From: the human T2T-CHM13v2.0 reference genome, Homo sapiens
Strand: one strand, 5' to 3'
Length of the DNA stretch: 64,000 nt
Assembly: GCF_009914755.1 (NCBI RefSeq)
Contig: NC_060927.1
This document shows positions 14,816 to 28,020 of this stretch, one piece after another; the first letter of the stretch is position 1, and each line of letters opens with the position of its first letter. The notes beneath the pieces are model-generated. The model ran no database searches. It was not told where the DNA came from and saw nothing but the letters and a program-made list of their open reading frames with translations. Both the position numbers and the translations under genes were made by a program.

Positions 14816-15525
14816 CCATTTTGTATTTTCATATGTTTAAATGTTCATCCATTTGTCCCAGGACACTTTATTGAAAATAATATTGTTCCTTATTATTGAC
14901 TTAGCTCTTTCACTGACAATAAGTTGACTGCATCTATGTGATCTGATTTCTGAAATCACTGATCTCTTCCATTACTCTGTTGGTCTATGCTTAGCTCAAT
15001 CCAATATGGTCTTAATAAATGTAACTTGATATAAGACTTGAAATCAAGTACTAAGTGCTGTAACTTGTATTTTCTTTTTGTAAATTATTTTGGTTATTTT
15101 ATGTTCTTTACATTTCTATACAAATTTTCTAATTGATTTTCAATTCTTCCAAAATATCTGATGAAAATTTTATTGTCTATAAATGAATTTGTGAATAATT
15201 GACATCAACAAAATTAAGTCCTCCAATTCACAAACCTAGTGTACTTTATTTCTTATAGATTTGACATTCTCTAAAAATGATTTTATAATTTTCAGTGTAG
15301 AGACCTTACATATCTGTCATTAAATATATCTCCAAATATTTTATATATTTTATTCAAATGTAAATGCCATTTTAAAAATTATTTTCAATGGTTTATTGTG
15401 GAAAACTAAAAATACAATTCATTGTTATTTATTAACTTATATCTTGTGGCCCTGCTAAATTATTTATTTGTTTATTCTTGGCAATTTTCAGGGTACTCAA
15501 CTATGTCTTCTGTGGATAAAGATGG

Positions 15526-15891
15526 TGTCTTAGTCCATTCAGACTGCTATAACAAAATACTTTAGATGAGGTAATTTATAAACAACAGAAATGTATTGCT
15601 CTGAGATCTGGAGGCTAGAAAGTTCCAAATCAAAGAGCTTTCAAACTCAACGTCTGGTGAGGGTCCTCTTTCTCATAGATGAAGGCTTCTATTTGTGTCC
15701 TCACATGATGGAAAAGGCTAGCTATCTCCCTGGAGTCTCTTTTTTAAGGGCAATAACCTTAATCATGAGGGCTCCACCCTCATGACATAAACATCTCCCA
15801 AAAATCTGTAACTCATAATCCCATCATCTTTGAAGTTAAGGTGTCAACATATGAATTTGTAGGAGGGGATAGAAACATTCAGACCATAGCA
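15526..15891 (-). mobile_element. MLT1A0 solo LTR
   Basis: TGTCTTAGTCCATTCAGACTGCTATAACAAAATAC...AACATTCAGACCATAGCA; about 365 bp. Confidence 0.88.
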
Positions 15892-18223
15892 ATAGTTTTT
15901 AATTTCTTTCTTGCAAATTTTAGATTTTTGCCTCCTTGTCTGAATAAACTAGTTAAGAAATACAGAACTGTTTAGTAGATATGGCAAAAGTGCACATTCT
16001 TGCCTTGTCTCTGATTTTTATGAAAAAATTGTTCATTATTTCACTATTAAGTATGATATTAACTATTAAGTTAGCTGAAATATATAGATGATTTTTATCA
16101 GATTTAAAAATACTTTGTGTATATACATTATTTTGCTTTTATCACAAATTATGCTGCATTTGGGGCAAATGTTTTTTCTTACATCTATTGAGATGATTAT
16201 GTAATGTTTCTTCTTAATTCTCTTAATCTGGTTAAGATTTGAAAAAATTTTAAAATGTGATTTTATAAATGTTTAACTAAAACTTTAGTACTGGGGATAA
16301 ACTTCACTTAGTAATGATGTTGCATCTTTTATATGTGTTGTTAGATTTGACTTGTAATATTTTGCTAATCCTGCTGTTTATTTATGTTTGTGGAAAATAC
16401 TGCTCTTGAATTTATTTTCTTTTTATGCTCTTGTGAGTTTTGTGGGTCAAAGTTATTTTGGACTCAAAAAACTGTTTGGGAAGTGTGCCTTGTTCTGATA
16501 CTTTCCGAAATAGTTTATTTATTGTTGAAATGTTTGATGGAATTAACCTGTGTAGCATATGAATCAGAAATTTTCTCTGTGGATATGATTTTAATTATAA
16601 ATTTTATTTCTTTAATAAAAATTGGGCTATTTACATTGTGTAAGTTATGGTAAGTTTTTTAATGAATTGATATGTTTAATCTAAATTTTTGATTTATTGA
16701 CACAAAGTTATTCACTTTTTAAATTCTTTATTTTCATTTTAATATCTGTTAGATGTTTTCTTCTTTAATTATAATGTTGATAATTTGTGTTTTCTCTCTT
16801 GATTAAACTTGATCAATTTCCTAGGGTTTATCAACTATTAGCAATTTATTCCCTTATCAAAAAACAAACTTTGTTGATAATCTCTGTTAATTAGTAGCCA
16901 TTTTTAAAATTTTTATTATCATTTTCCCTTATTTTCTACTTGTATATTTTTATTTTAGTTTTTTCTTTAATTTTTCAACTTTTAAATTTTAAGTTTTTGG
17001 TAACTGTTTTAAAACCGTTTTTCCCTGATATAAACTTTAAACCTAGAAAATTCCGTTTTAGCACAGTTTTAATTGTATTCCACAAAGTTTGAAATGTTGT
17101 CTCTTCATTATCATTCAGTTTGAAATACTTCACCATTTTCTTTGTAATGTCTTTTTTGACCTATAGGTTATTTTGAAATGATATGTTGCTTAATTTCCAA
17201 ATGTTTGGTGATTTAGTAAATATTGCTTTGTCATTGACATTTAATATTGAAAAAATTTGTATTATTTAAATATTTTCAAGTAATTACATGTTTTATGAAC
17301 CAGTATATGACCTATGTTTTAACTATTACATGTGAACTTGAATTGCAGATTTTGGAAGTATTGATTTATAAATAGCAAACTGACTCAGAGTTTTGTTTGA
17401 ATCTTCTTCATCTTTAATAATTTTTATCTATTTTTCTTTTCTAAATGAATTAACAAATTGATTTTCATATCAATGGAGAAAGACAAAAGACTCAGATTAG
17501 CTAAATTAATTTTGATAAAGAATTCTTACTTTACCTGATTTCAAGAACTAAAACTACATGAATCCTAACAGTGTAATAGTGGCATAATGATTGAAATGCA
17601 GCTCAAGTGGAACAGAATAGAGAGTCCTCAAATAGACTTACACACGTATGGTTAATTGATTTTTCATGGATGTGCCAAAGCAATTAAATAGAGAGAAGAT
17701 AGTCTTTTCAACAAATGTTGCTGGAACAAGTAGATCTCTATATAGAATAAAAGAAAAAACCTCAACCTTCACTTTACACATACACATAAACTAATTTAAA
17801 ATTGATAATGGTTCTCAATATAAAAAGCTATTATATTTTTAGAAAAAAATAGAACAAATTGTTTGTAACATTAATTTTTTCAAAAACTGATATTAGAAGC
17901 ACAAACTATACCTGAAGATAATTGATCAAATAGGCTTCATCAAAGTTCAAAACCTTTGATATATATAAGACACTTAATATAAGATAATGCCGTTACAGAG
18001 AATAATTTTTGTAAAACAAGTATACACCAAAGTCTTATATTTAGAGTACACAAAGGACTTTTATAAGAAGACGATATTTAACCCAATAAAAATGAGCAAA
18101 ATATTTAAACAAATATCTCATAAAAGAAGATAAATTAATGGCATATAAGCTGAGGGATTCCCAACATCACTAGTTATAGAAACACAAATTAAAACTACAG
18201 TGAAAACTCTCCACATACACGCG

Positions 18224-18248
18224 CACACACACACACACACACACACAC
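18224..18248. repeat. (CA)n microsatellite
   Basis: About 12 perfect CA units. Confidence 0.9.
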
Positions 18249-18339
18249 GCAAGAACAGATAGCTAAGGTTAAAAAATGGAAAGACTGATACAATCTAGTG
18301 TTGGTAAGATATTGAGCTACTATATCCGTCTTACACTTT

Positions 18340-18757
18340 TGTATTAGTTCATTCTTGCATTGCAATAAAAAATACCTGAGATTGGGCAATTTGTAAAGAA
18401 AATAGGTTCAGTTGGCTCACAGTTCCTCAGGCTGTACAGGAAGTATAATGCTGGCATCTGCTCAGCATCTGGGGAGGCCTCAAGAAACTTAAAATTCCAG
18501 CAGAAGGTGAAGGGATAGCAAGGTTTCTTCCATGGTGGAAGCAGAAGCAAGAGAGAGAGTGAGGAAGTGCTAAATGCTTTTAATCAACCACATCTTGTGA
18601 CAACTCTATGAGGAGAACAGCAGCAAGTGGATGGTGCTAAACCATTCACGGAGAATATACCCCCATGATCCAGTCACCTCCCACTAGGCCCCACCTCCAA
18701 CATTGGAGATAAGAATTTAACATGAGATTTGGTGGGACACAGATCCAAACCATATTA
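18340..18757 (-). mobile_element. MSTA/MSTB solo LTR
   Basis: TGTATTAGTTCATTCTTGCATTGC...GGCTGTACAGGAAGTATAATGCTGGCATCTGC...CAGATCCAAACCATATTA. Confidence 0.88.
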
Positions 18758-19464
18758 ATTTTAGTAACAAGGATTCAAGGATTTAAGGTACAGTCACCTT
18801 AAAAAAAGAGTATGTAATATATTAGTATTCAACACACCCATTCCACTTCCAGGTCTTTACCTAAGAAAAATGAAAACATATGTCATTCAAAAAATTTCTG
18901 TGTTAATATTCATAATAGAATGTTTATTATAGCCCCCAAGAGAAGAAACCCAAAATATCTACGGAATGGTAAATAGGTAACCACACTGTGGTATATCCAT
19001 ACCATTGGATTTTACTCAGCAACAAACAAAGCAATACAATCAACAATGTGGATGAAAATTGAAAGCATCATTCAAAACAAAAAAGTCAAATGAAGAGACT
19101 ATGTACCAAAAGTGAAATTCTGCAACAAAACTATCCTGACAAACAGTAGATCAGGTATTGCTTGAGGCAGAGTCTTTGAGGAAGAGATTCATTTCAAAGG
19201 AAGAATAAAAAATATTTTATTGCGTAGGAGCTGCTCTATGGTTGTGGTGGTGATTACTCAGTTATACACAATTACCAAAATTCAACAAACTTTACCTATA
19301 AAATTGTAAACTTTATTGTATACAAATAATACTTTAAAAATGAAAAGACAAAAGCTAAAAGGAAAATCAATGTATTTCATCCCATTAACACAAAGACTAT
19401 ACAAAAAATAACATTACCTTACCCACTTACCAGTTAGTAATGGAAGAGATTTGCAGCAACCACA

Positions 19465-19715
19465 AAAAAAGAGGGACACAATAGGGCAACTATAGTAAAT
19501 AATAATTTATTATATTTCAAAATAACTAAAAGAGTGGGATTGAAATGTTCCTAACACAAAGAATTGATGAATGCTTGAGGTGATGGATATTCCAATTATG
19601 CTAGATTTGATCATTGTACATTGTAAGCTTGTATCAAGATATCACATATATGCGATAAATATAACCATTATGTATAACTAATGTGTATCCATAATAATTA
19701 AAATTTAAAACTTTT
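19465..19715 (+). mobile_element. L1MA/L1PB 3'UTR fragment
   Basis: AATAATTTATTATATTTCAAAATAACTAAAAGAG...GCTTGAGGTGATGGATATTCCAATTA. Confidence 0.75.
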
Positions 19716-19999
19716 AAAATATTACAGCAAACATCATATTTAATAGTAAAATATTGTCACAGATTATCAGATTGAGAACAAATATAATAATTACTAACAC
19801 CTTTAGTCATTTTTATTACAATGGACACCAAAAAATTAAGTAAAAGAAATAAAGAATATGGATTAAGAAGCAAAAAAAAAACTATCATTATTTGCAGATG
19901 TAATGGATAAATAAATAGGAAACCCAAAACAATGCATAAATGATTTGAATAAATAAGTTTATCAAGGTCAATTTATAGAAAGCCAATATACAAAAATCT

Positions 20000-22900
20000 A
20001 CTTCAGATTCCCCATTTCTACCAATGTAGTAACCTTACTTTTCCTAACTCCTCCCTCTCACAACTTCAAAAAAAATACAAAAAGAAAAATACCTGGATAT
20101 AACACAACAGACCAACATGCAATGAAGGCCAGGAGCCTAGGGACCCTGAGACTCTAAGGATGATAGAGACATGAGCTCCCTGGGGTTTCTTACTGCCTTC
20201 CATGTATCCCAAACAGGACATTGCAGAAGCCTCAAACCTGGATCTGCCAACAGGCATGGTGGATGGTGAGGGGAATCTCAAGGAACCTTGTTTCCTCCTA
20301 GCCCAAACACTGGGAAAGGAATGATCTAACAGCAGAAGACCTTTTGGGGAACACTCACCCACCCCCAGCCTAACATCAAAGGAAAAAACATGCCTTCCCC
20401 CTATGGCTTCAGTGGGACTGAGCAGGGAGTTAATCTTTCACCCCACCCACCTTCTGGTGGAAGCAAGAACTGGTGCTTTTACTCCACACCCCTCTTCCAC
20501 TGAATGGCTTTGGCAGGATGAAAAAAAGAACTAATCTTCTGTTCCTCTGTTGGAAAAAACATGCAACACTCAGATTCTACCATGTGATTGACTCCTTAGT
20601 GACAAGCAAAGAGCTAACCTTCTATATTCCAGTGAGTGGAAATCAGCTGCTGAGTTAGTGTTGGCAGTACTGAGCTGGCAGGTGATGTCCATCCAATGCT
20701 GGCAGGATTAGGTGGTTCCCCGATTCTCCTGGTAGGATAAATAGTATTGGCAGACTGTGCAGGGAGCTTGCCATCTATCTTCCACCCAGAAGAAGCAGCA
20801 GATATTCTTATTACCCTTAACAAAGTGGAGAATGCAAGGCTGAGCAGGGGGCTGATCTTCCATTTCTTGCCCAAAGTGGGCATGCTCAGATTTGCCTGCC
20901 TGGGCAGTGTTAGCAATGATCCAGTGGTGAGCTAAGACTCCACTCAGAAACAATGAGGCAAAACAGGTGTTGAAAACTAGAGCTCATGAGCACTCTGCTT
21001 CCACCCCTCGGTCCCTTGGTGTTCATAGGGACTAATAGGGAGCTGAGCTACTGCCTCTAACCTGCAGCAGTGCAGCAATATGAGTCAGTCTTCTGCTTCC
21101 CCACTCTCGTATCCCTGGGGCTTGAAAGGAACTGAACATTCATATTTGGCCAGCTCTAAACACATCTCAGCAGAACTACCTGCTGAAAATAAATGATTAA
21201 ATAAGATTCAGAGTTTTACAGGATGCAGTTTAAAATCAGTCCTCATAGCAAGAACCAGGAAAATCACACGATGAATGAGAAGAGACAACAAATGTCAACA
21301 TCAAATTAAATCAGATATTGAGATTATCTAGAAAGAGTTTTAAAACAACCATTATAAAAATACTCTAACAAGCAGTTAAAAATTATCTTGAAAAAATGTT
21401 CTAAAAAGAAAATATATCAGCAAATAGACATTATTAAAAAAGGTAAGTAAAAATTATAGAACTGAAAAATGTAATAACTGAAATTAAGGTAAGGGTCCTA
21501 AAAGAAAATAAAATTTTTACAATTCAGTTGAAGTGGTAACACATAGATAAAAACAGATTGTAGTAATTTGCACATGTATATCTCAATACCTAGAGACCTA
21601 TTAGGAAATTAACATGGCAATATATTTAAGAACACTATACAAAAAATCAAGATGGATTCCTTAAAAATGTTCAAGTAACCTACAGGAATTAAGAAAAGCT
21701 AACAGGAAAATGAGAGAGACAGAGGATGAGGAAGATAAATAAAACAAATAATAAAATGGCAGACTTAAACACTAGCATAGCAATAAATATCTTATATTTA
21801 AATGGTCTAAGTGCATCAATTTACAGACAGAGATTGTCAGAGTAGATAAACAAATATATTCAGCAATAATCTGTCTACAAGAAACTCACTTCAAATACGC
21901 TGAACTAGTTACTTTGATGGTAAGAGAATGGAAAAAATATATACCATGCAAACATTAATCAAAGAAAAGAAGCAGGAGTAACTACATAACACTTCAAATA
22001 AAAGAAAATTACTAGCAATAAAGAGGATCATTACATAAAGATAAAAGGAGCAATCCACCAGGAAGAAATAACAATCCTGAATGTGTACACACAAAATAAC
22101 AGAGCCTCAAAATACTTGAAGTAAAATTGACAGAACTGAAAAGAGAAATAGACAAATCCAAAATTAGAGTTGGAGACTTTAACACCTACCTATCAACACC
22201 TGATAGAACACCTAAAGAGAAAATTAGCAAAAATATAGAACTCAACGCCATCCACCAATACAAACTAATTGGTCCATCAATCAATAAATTACTCTACCCA
22301 ACAACATAGAATCATATTCTTTTCAAGTATCCATGGAACATTTACAACAATAAACAATATCATGTACCTTAAAACAAATCTTGACATATTTAGAAGAATT
22401 GCTGTATTACAGAGTATATATTCTGACAAGAATGAATTCAAAGGAGAAATCTCCAAACTTTTGGAAATTAAACAACACATATCTAAATAATGCATGTGTC
22501 ATTGAATAATCTCAAAGAAAATTTTAAAAATTAATAGAACTAAGTGAAAATGAAAATACAACATATAAAGAGTGATACGCTGCATCTAAAACAGTACTAC
22601 AAGGGAAATGTATAGCACTAGATACTTATATTGGAAAAGGAAAGCTCTCAAATCCGTTTTTTAAGTCTCTAAGAAACTGGAAGAAGAGTAAAATAAACCC
22701 AGAGATAGGAAAAAGAAAAAAATAAATAACAAAGATAAAAGAAGCTAATTAAGCAGAAAGAAAAAAATTAAAAATAATTAATAAAAACACTGATTCTATG
22801 GAAAATTAATGAAATTAACAAAACTCTAACAATTCTGACAAATACATAAAGAAAAAAAGACATTATCACCAACCTCAAGGATGATACAGGAAATATCACT

Positions 22901-25040
22901 ACGGATCCTGCAGCCATTAAAAATAAAACAAGGATATATATTAAGAACTTTGTGTTCATAAATTTTCCTGCTTAGAATTTGGCCCAATTCTTTGAAAAAT
23001 ACTAATTACCAAAACTCAACCAAAATGAAATTGTTATCTGAATATTCCTATAAACATTAAGAAACTGGATATCAAAATTCAATAGTTAAAAAGCTCCTCA
23101 AAAAATTCCAGACACAATATTTCAGTGATGTCTATTAACATTTAAAGATGAATTAACATCAATTTTACCAATTATTTTACAGAACAAGAGAGAGTACTTC
23201 CTAACTCAGTTAATGAAGATAGTATTACCCTGATACAAAACAAAAACACAGTCTGTATCACAGAAAGTGCCAAAAACAAAAGAAAAGAAAACCACAGACT
23301 CTAATGAAAACAAAACAAAAACCTTCAATAAATATTAAATAAAATTAAATTATTTATGAAAATAATTATACACTAAAACCAAATGGGATTTAATCCAGAT
23401 ATGAAGTCTTATCAGCATTCAAAGGTAATTAATGTAATCTAACATGTCAACACACTTAAATTAAAAAATAATAACACTATTAATTGATGCATAAAAATAT
23501 TTGTCAAAATTCAAGCCATTTATAATTATAAATGTTCAGTAAACCAGGGAGAGAGGGGAATTTTCTCAGGTACATCAAAAACTTCTACCATCAGGAAAAT
23601 GGTCTAGAAATATTGTCTTACCACTTTTTTCCAGCATAATGTCAGAAGTTCTAGCCATTGCAATATGGAACGAAAAAGAAACAGAAGATATTTGAATATT
23701 TAAAACATAAATAAATAAAACTCTCCCTATTTGAAGATAACATGATTTTCCACGTAAACAATGTCCAAAATTACAAAAATAAGAAATAAAGAAATGAAAC
23801 CACTCCTACAACTAATAAGGGAGTCTAGTAACTTCACAGGATATGAGATCACATATAAGAATCAATCACATTTCCATGTACTAAAATATGAACACGTGGA
23901 AAACAAAATTAAAATCATAATACCATTTGCCATCACTCCAAATAAAATAAAAACAAGATGAAAATATGTGCCGTGGAAAAGTCCCTGTTTATAAGATAAA
24001 AAGAAAAGCTAAATACTACTTGGTAATGTTTGTAAATCACAAATTTAATAAATGACTAGTATCTTGATTATATAAAGAACTCTCAGAACTTGAAAATAAA
24101 TGCAATTCAAAAATGGGCAAAACATAAACTAAAATTTCACCAAAGAGTATATAGAGATGGCGAATAAGTTCAAGAAGAGATGTTCAACATCATTAGCCAT
24201 TAGGGAAATGCAAATTAAAATCATAATGAGATATCACTATGCATGTATCAGAATAGTTAAAATAAGAATAGTGACAAAACCAAATGATGGCAATGATGCA
24301 GGGAAACCTGGATCGCTCTTACATTGCTGGTGGGAATGTAAAATGGTACAGCCAGTTAGTGAAATAGTTTGACTAGTTTCGTACAACTAAGCATACAAAT
24401 ACCGTATGACCTACCAATTGGACTCTTGAATATTTATCCCAGAGAAATAAAAAATTAGATGTATAACAATCCTGCACATCAATGTTCCTAGCAGTTTTCT
24501 TTGTAGTATCGCCAAACTTGAAATAATTCAAATGCCTATGGGTTCAAATAATTCAAACTATGGGTTACTAGTTAAATAAACTGTGGGGTATATCCCTACT
24601 ATGTAATACTATTCAAGTAATAAAAAGGAAAAAAAAAACTATTGATATAGGCAATGATTTGGATGCAACTGCAGGAAACTAAGCTAAATAAAACACCCAA
24701 TAACAAAAGACTACATTCTTTATTATTTTATTTATATGACATTCTTAAAATGACAAAATTATACGAATGTAGAACAGATTATTATTTGCTGCTAAGAGTA
24801 AGGGATGGAGATAGAAAGGGATGTGCACGTGGCTATTAAAGGGCAACATGAAGGATTGTTGTGGTACTGCAACTTTGATATGCCTCTACTTGAAAAATGC
24901 TAATATATTGGTTGTGATATTGTATTAGAGTTTTGCAAGGAGATTTCTTTGGGAGAAACTGAGTAAAGAATGTATTAATCTGTCTGCATTCTTACAAATG
25001 CAGTTGAATCTATAATTATCTCAAAAAAGTTCACATAATA
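20000..25040 (+). mobile_element. L1MD/L1MC-like element retaining 5'UTR, ORF1 relic, ORF2 and 3'UTR (internally deleted)
   Basis: EN motifs (CLQETH, VGDFNT in ORF 22127..22309), C-terminal HCWWECK, 3' end GAATCTATAATTATCTCAAAA; GC-richer 5' region at 20000-21200. Confidence 0.78.
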
Positions 25041-25911
25041 AAAGCAGTTGTATTTACTATATTTCAACAACAAACAAATAGAAATGTAAATTCATAAATT
25101 ATGCTATTTATAATATCAATTACACTTAAGGCTTAAAAAAGTCATATAAAACCTGTGTAAATCAGTTACAGTGAAAATTATGGAACACGAGAAAATTTCA
25201 AAGACAAAAAAATGAAAGCATATGCCAGGCTTGTGGTTATGAAGACTCAATATTTTTTAAAAGACACTTTTTCAAGTTTGCTTATTGATTCAATGTGATA
25301 CCAAATATCACGTTTTTCAAGGATCTAGATCAATGGATTCTGTCACATAGTACTGTGGATATCCATTTGTCAATATCTATTAAAGGTGACCTAAAACAAG
25401 GGCAATGATCAAGCCATCTTATTCCTAGGGTTAGACAAAATAGAAATGTGTACCTGTATTCATCACAAGCCAGTTGTACAAATTTTTACAGAACTATTGA
25501 TAATTGCCAAAAATTAGAAACAACCTAAATATTCATCAACAATAAAATGGTTTTAAATAATTATGTTTCAACTACATGTAACTCCATGCAACTGCATGGA
25601 TAAATCTCATAAACCCATGGACGAGCAAAAAAATATCCAGAGTCAAAAAGTGCTTATGTGTATTTCATATATATATAATGTTCAAAAAGAGGTAAAACTC
25701 TTCTGCATTGTTAGAATTCAGAATGGGATTGCTTCACTAAAGAAGCAGGAAGGAATTTCTGGTGTTCTGATAATGTTCTGACTTTTATTCTAAGCGTGGT
25801 TTTATTATTCGATGCAGTCTATTTGAGAAAATTTATAAAGTTTACACTTACCTGATGAACACATTTCTGAATATAAGTTATACTACAACGAAAACAGTTT
25901 ACATATAAAAG

Positions 25912-26840
25912 TTCCGTGTTTATTGCAGCACTATTCACAATACCCAAGATATGGAATCCACCTAGTGTCTATCTACAGATGAATGAACAAAGAAAATATA
26001 GTCAGACATGGTGACTCATTCTTGTAATCCAGCACTTTGGGAGACTGAGGTGAGAAGATGACCTGAGCCCAGGAGTTCGAGACAAGCCTTGGCAACAAAG
26101 TGAGATGCCATCTCTTCCAAAAGTTAAAAAATTAAAAAGTCATGGTGGTATGCACCTGTGGTCCTAGCCATTCAGGAGTACTGAGGTAGGAGGATCGCTT
26201 CAGTTCAGGAAATCAAGGTTGCAGTAAGCCATGTTTGCAGCAGTGCACTTCAGCCTGGGCAAGAGAGTGAGAACCTGTCTAAAAAAAAATAAAAAAAGAA
26301 AAGTCACACACACAGACACACACAAACACACACAGAGAGAGAGAGAAGAATATTATTCAGCCTTAAAAAAGACAAAAATCTTGCCATGTGTAACAACATG
26401 GATAAAGCTGGAGGACATTAGGTTAAGTGAAATAAGTCAGGCATAGAAAGACAATACATCGTGGTTTCAATTATATACTGAATCTAAGAACTTCAAACTC
26501 AGAGGAGAGAATAGAATGTTAGTTGTGGTGGGTGTGGGTAATGGGTACATGTTGGTCAAAATCTACAAAGTTTCAAGTAGACAAAAAGTTATGCAGATCT
26601 ATTGCACATCATGGTGACTATAGTTAATGATAGCACATTGTATCCTTGAAAATTGCCAGGAAGGTAGATTTTAAATGTTCTCACTGCAAAAAAATAATAA
26701 ATGTGAGGTGATGGATATGTTATTTAGCTAGACTGTGGTAATGATTTCACAATGCATACATAGATCAAAACATCATGTTTTACACCCTAAATATATATAA
26801 TTTTTATTCGTTGATCACATTTTAATGAAGCTAGAGAAAA
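25912..26840 (+). mobile_element. L1MA 3' end, interrupted by AluJ
   Basis: GTTTATTGCAGCACTATTCACAATA, GGACATTAGGTTAAGTGAAATAAGTCAGG, GTGAGGTGATGGATATGTTA. Confidence 0.82.
26001..26301 (+). mobile_element. AluJ
   Basis: TGAGCCCAGGAGTTCGAGAC, GGAGGATCGCTT, AATCAAGGTTGCAGTAAGCCATG; diverged dimer with A-tail. Confidence 0.9.
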
Positions 26841-27439
26841 TGTACCACATTAGGTAATTCACCAATTAAAATAATTATCTATGAAATAGTCATTATATAT
26901 ATAATTTAAATCAAGCCTCTTATTATGATATAACTCATCAATTAATATATTTTATAACTCATTATACATACATATATTTTATTTTATAATCTATATTGCA
27001 TTACACGTTGGTTAAACTATATCCTAGAAAATTGACATGAACTTAGATAACTTACAATCTCTAAAATTTTATTTCTCCTTTAAATGTAATTAGATTGACA
27101 TCTCTAAAGGTCTTGTCATCATTCAAAAGCTGTGTTTGCAAGGCATACACATATGTTTATATGTGCTGTTTACAAAATATTTAAAATGAAATACCTTTTC
27201 AATTCAGCTTATAACTTCAGTTTTAAGTACATCAGTAAAACTTAAAATGGTCCTGCATTTAAATGTATTTTATTAGATAACATATTGCTTTCCCTGCAGA
27301 TTTGATTTAAAGAAAATATCTATGTTTCTCAGTAGGAGCGACCCATAAACTGCATGCATATCAGCCAACTTGATGTAATGGTGTTCTTGTTTTAACATAA
27401 AGAAACTTTGTGACCTTGAATAAGTCATAAAAAAAAACA

Positions 27440-27590
27440 ACTTTTTTTTTGCCTCAGATTTTTAATTCTTTGAATGAATAATACATTCTCTGCCATCTTA
27501 GGTGGTTGATATGTGGATTAAATGAGAAAGCAAAATTTAAGTAGCTTAAAATCTATAAAGCAGTGTGTAAATGCAAATGTTATTACTATT
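27440..27590 (+). mobile_element. MIR fragment
   Basis: GCCTCAG...GTGGATTAAATGAGA...AAATGTTATTACTATTA. Confidence 0.5.
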
Positions 27591-27592
27591 AT

Positions 27593-28020
27593 TGATGCAG
27601 TAGTTTTTGCTCCTTAGTTTAGCTAAAACCAGCTCCTTGTCACACAATCAGGAAAGATTGGGCATGCATACTCATTGAAAGGTGAGGAGAGCAGAATTTA
27701 CTAAAAGAAAACTCTCAGCTGTAAAACAAGAAGTCCTACTAACAGGCTCAGATTGAACACCACACTACCACGCACCAGCCGAAGAAGCCAGGCTCCTCCC
27801 CACTGCAGAAGGTGCAAATTCCTGTGGTTCCACCCCATTTCTCCAGTGTGCATGGGGACATTTTTTAGAAAGAATCAGTCAGGAAAGGGCAGGCAAAAGG
27901 GGCAGTTCTCCCTCTGGGTCACGGGTTTCATCTGGGATCAGCAGTCCAGTATTTCAGCCTTCAGCCTGTTTTAGGCTTGAAGGTAGGTTTTCGCTGGGGA
28001 CAGTTGGCTGTCTCCTGCCA
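27593..28020 (-). mobile_element. MER61-family solo LTR (ERV1)
   Basis: TGATGCAG...TTTTTGCTCCTTAGTTTAGCTAAAACC; GGGTTTCATCTGGGATCAGCAGTCCAG...TTCAGCCTTCAGCCTGTTTTAGGCTTGAAGG. Confidence 0.78.

Larger units (their letters stand above)
11960..17440 (-). mobile_element. Old L1M (3'UTR back to ORF2 endonuclease region), interrupted by SVA and MLT1A0
   Basis: T-rich antisense L1 motifs, e.g. TTCACTATTAAGTATGATATTA, CATCTATTGAGATGATTAT, GAGTAGAATTGTTGTATCATA. Confidence 0.8.
17445..19340 (+). mobile_element. Old L1M ORF2 C-terminal region and 3'UTR
   Basis: GGAACAGAATAGAGAGTCC, AGTCTTTTCAACAAATGTTGCTGGAAC, CTGTGGTATATCCATAC; interrupted by an MST LTR. Confidence 0.78.
19350..25910 (+). mobile_element. 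Ancient L1ME-like host element, split by younger L1s
   Basis: RT-region relic ends CAATATACAAAAATC near 19997 and resumes GCAGTTGTATTTACTATA near 25044. Confidence 0.55.

Noticed and set aside
13454-14840. Cluster of overlapping GC-rich ORFs and CpG-island-like composition
   Set aside because: Entirely SVA VNTR/Alu-like sequence; not a gene or a native CpG island.
17400-17480. L1 strand switch resembling a twin-priming inversion
   Set aside because: Both flanks contain their own ORF2 C-terminus and 3'UTR, so they are two separate old L1s back to back.
27593-28020. p53 response element expected in MER61
   Set aside because: Only an imperfect half-site (GGGCATGCAT); no paired RRRCWWGYYY seen.
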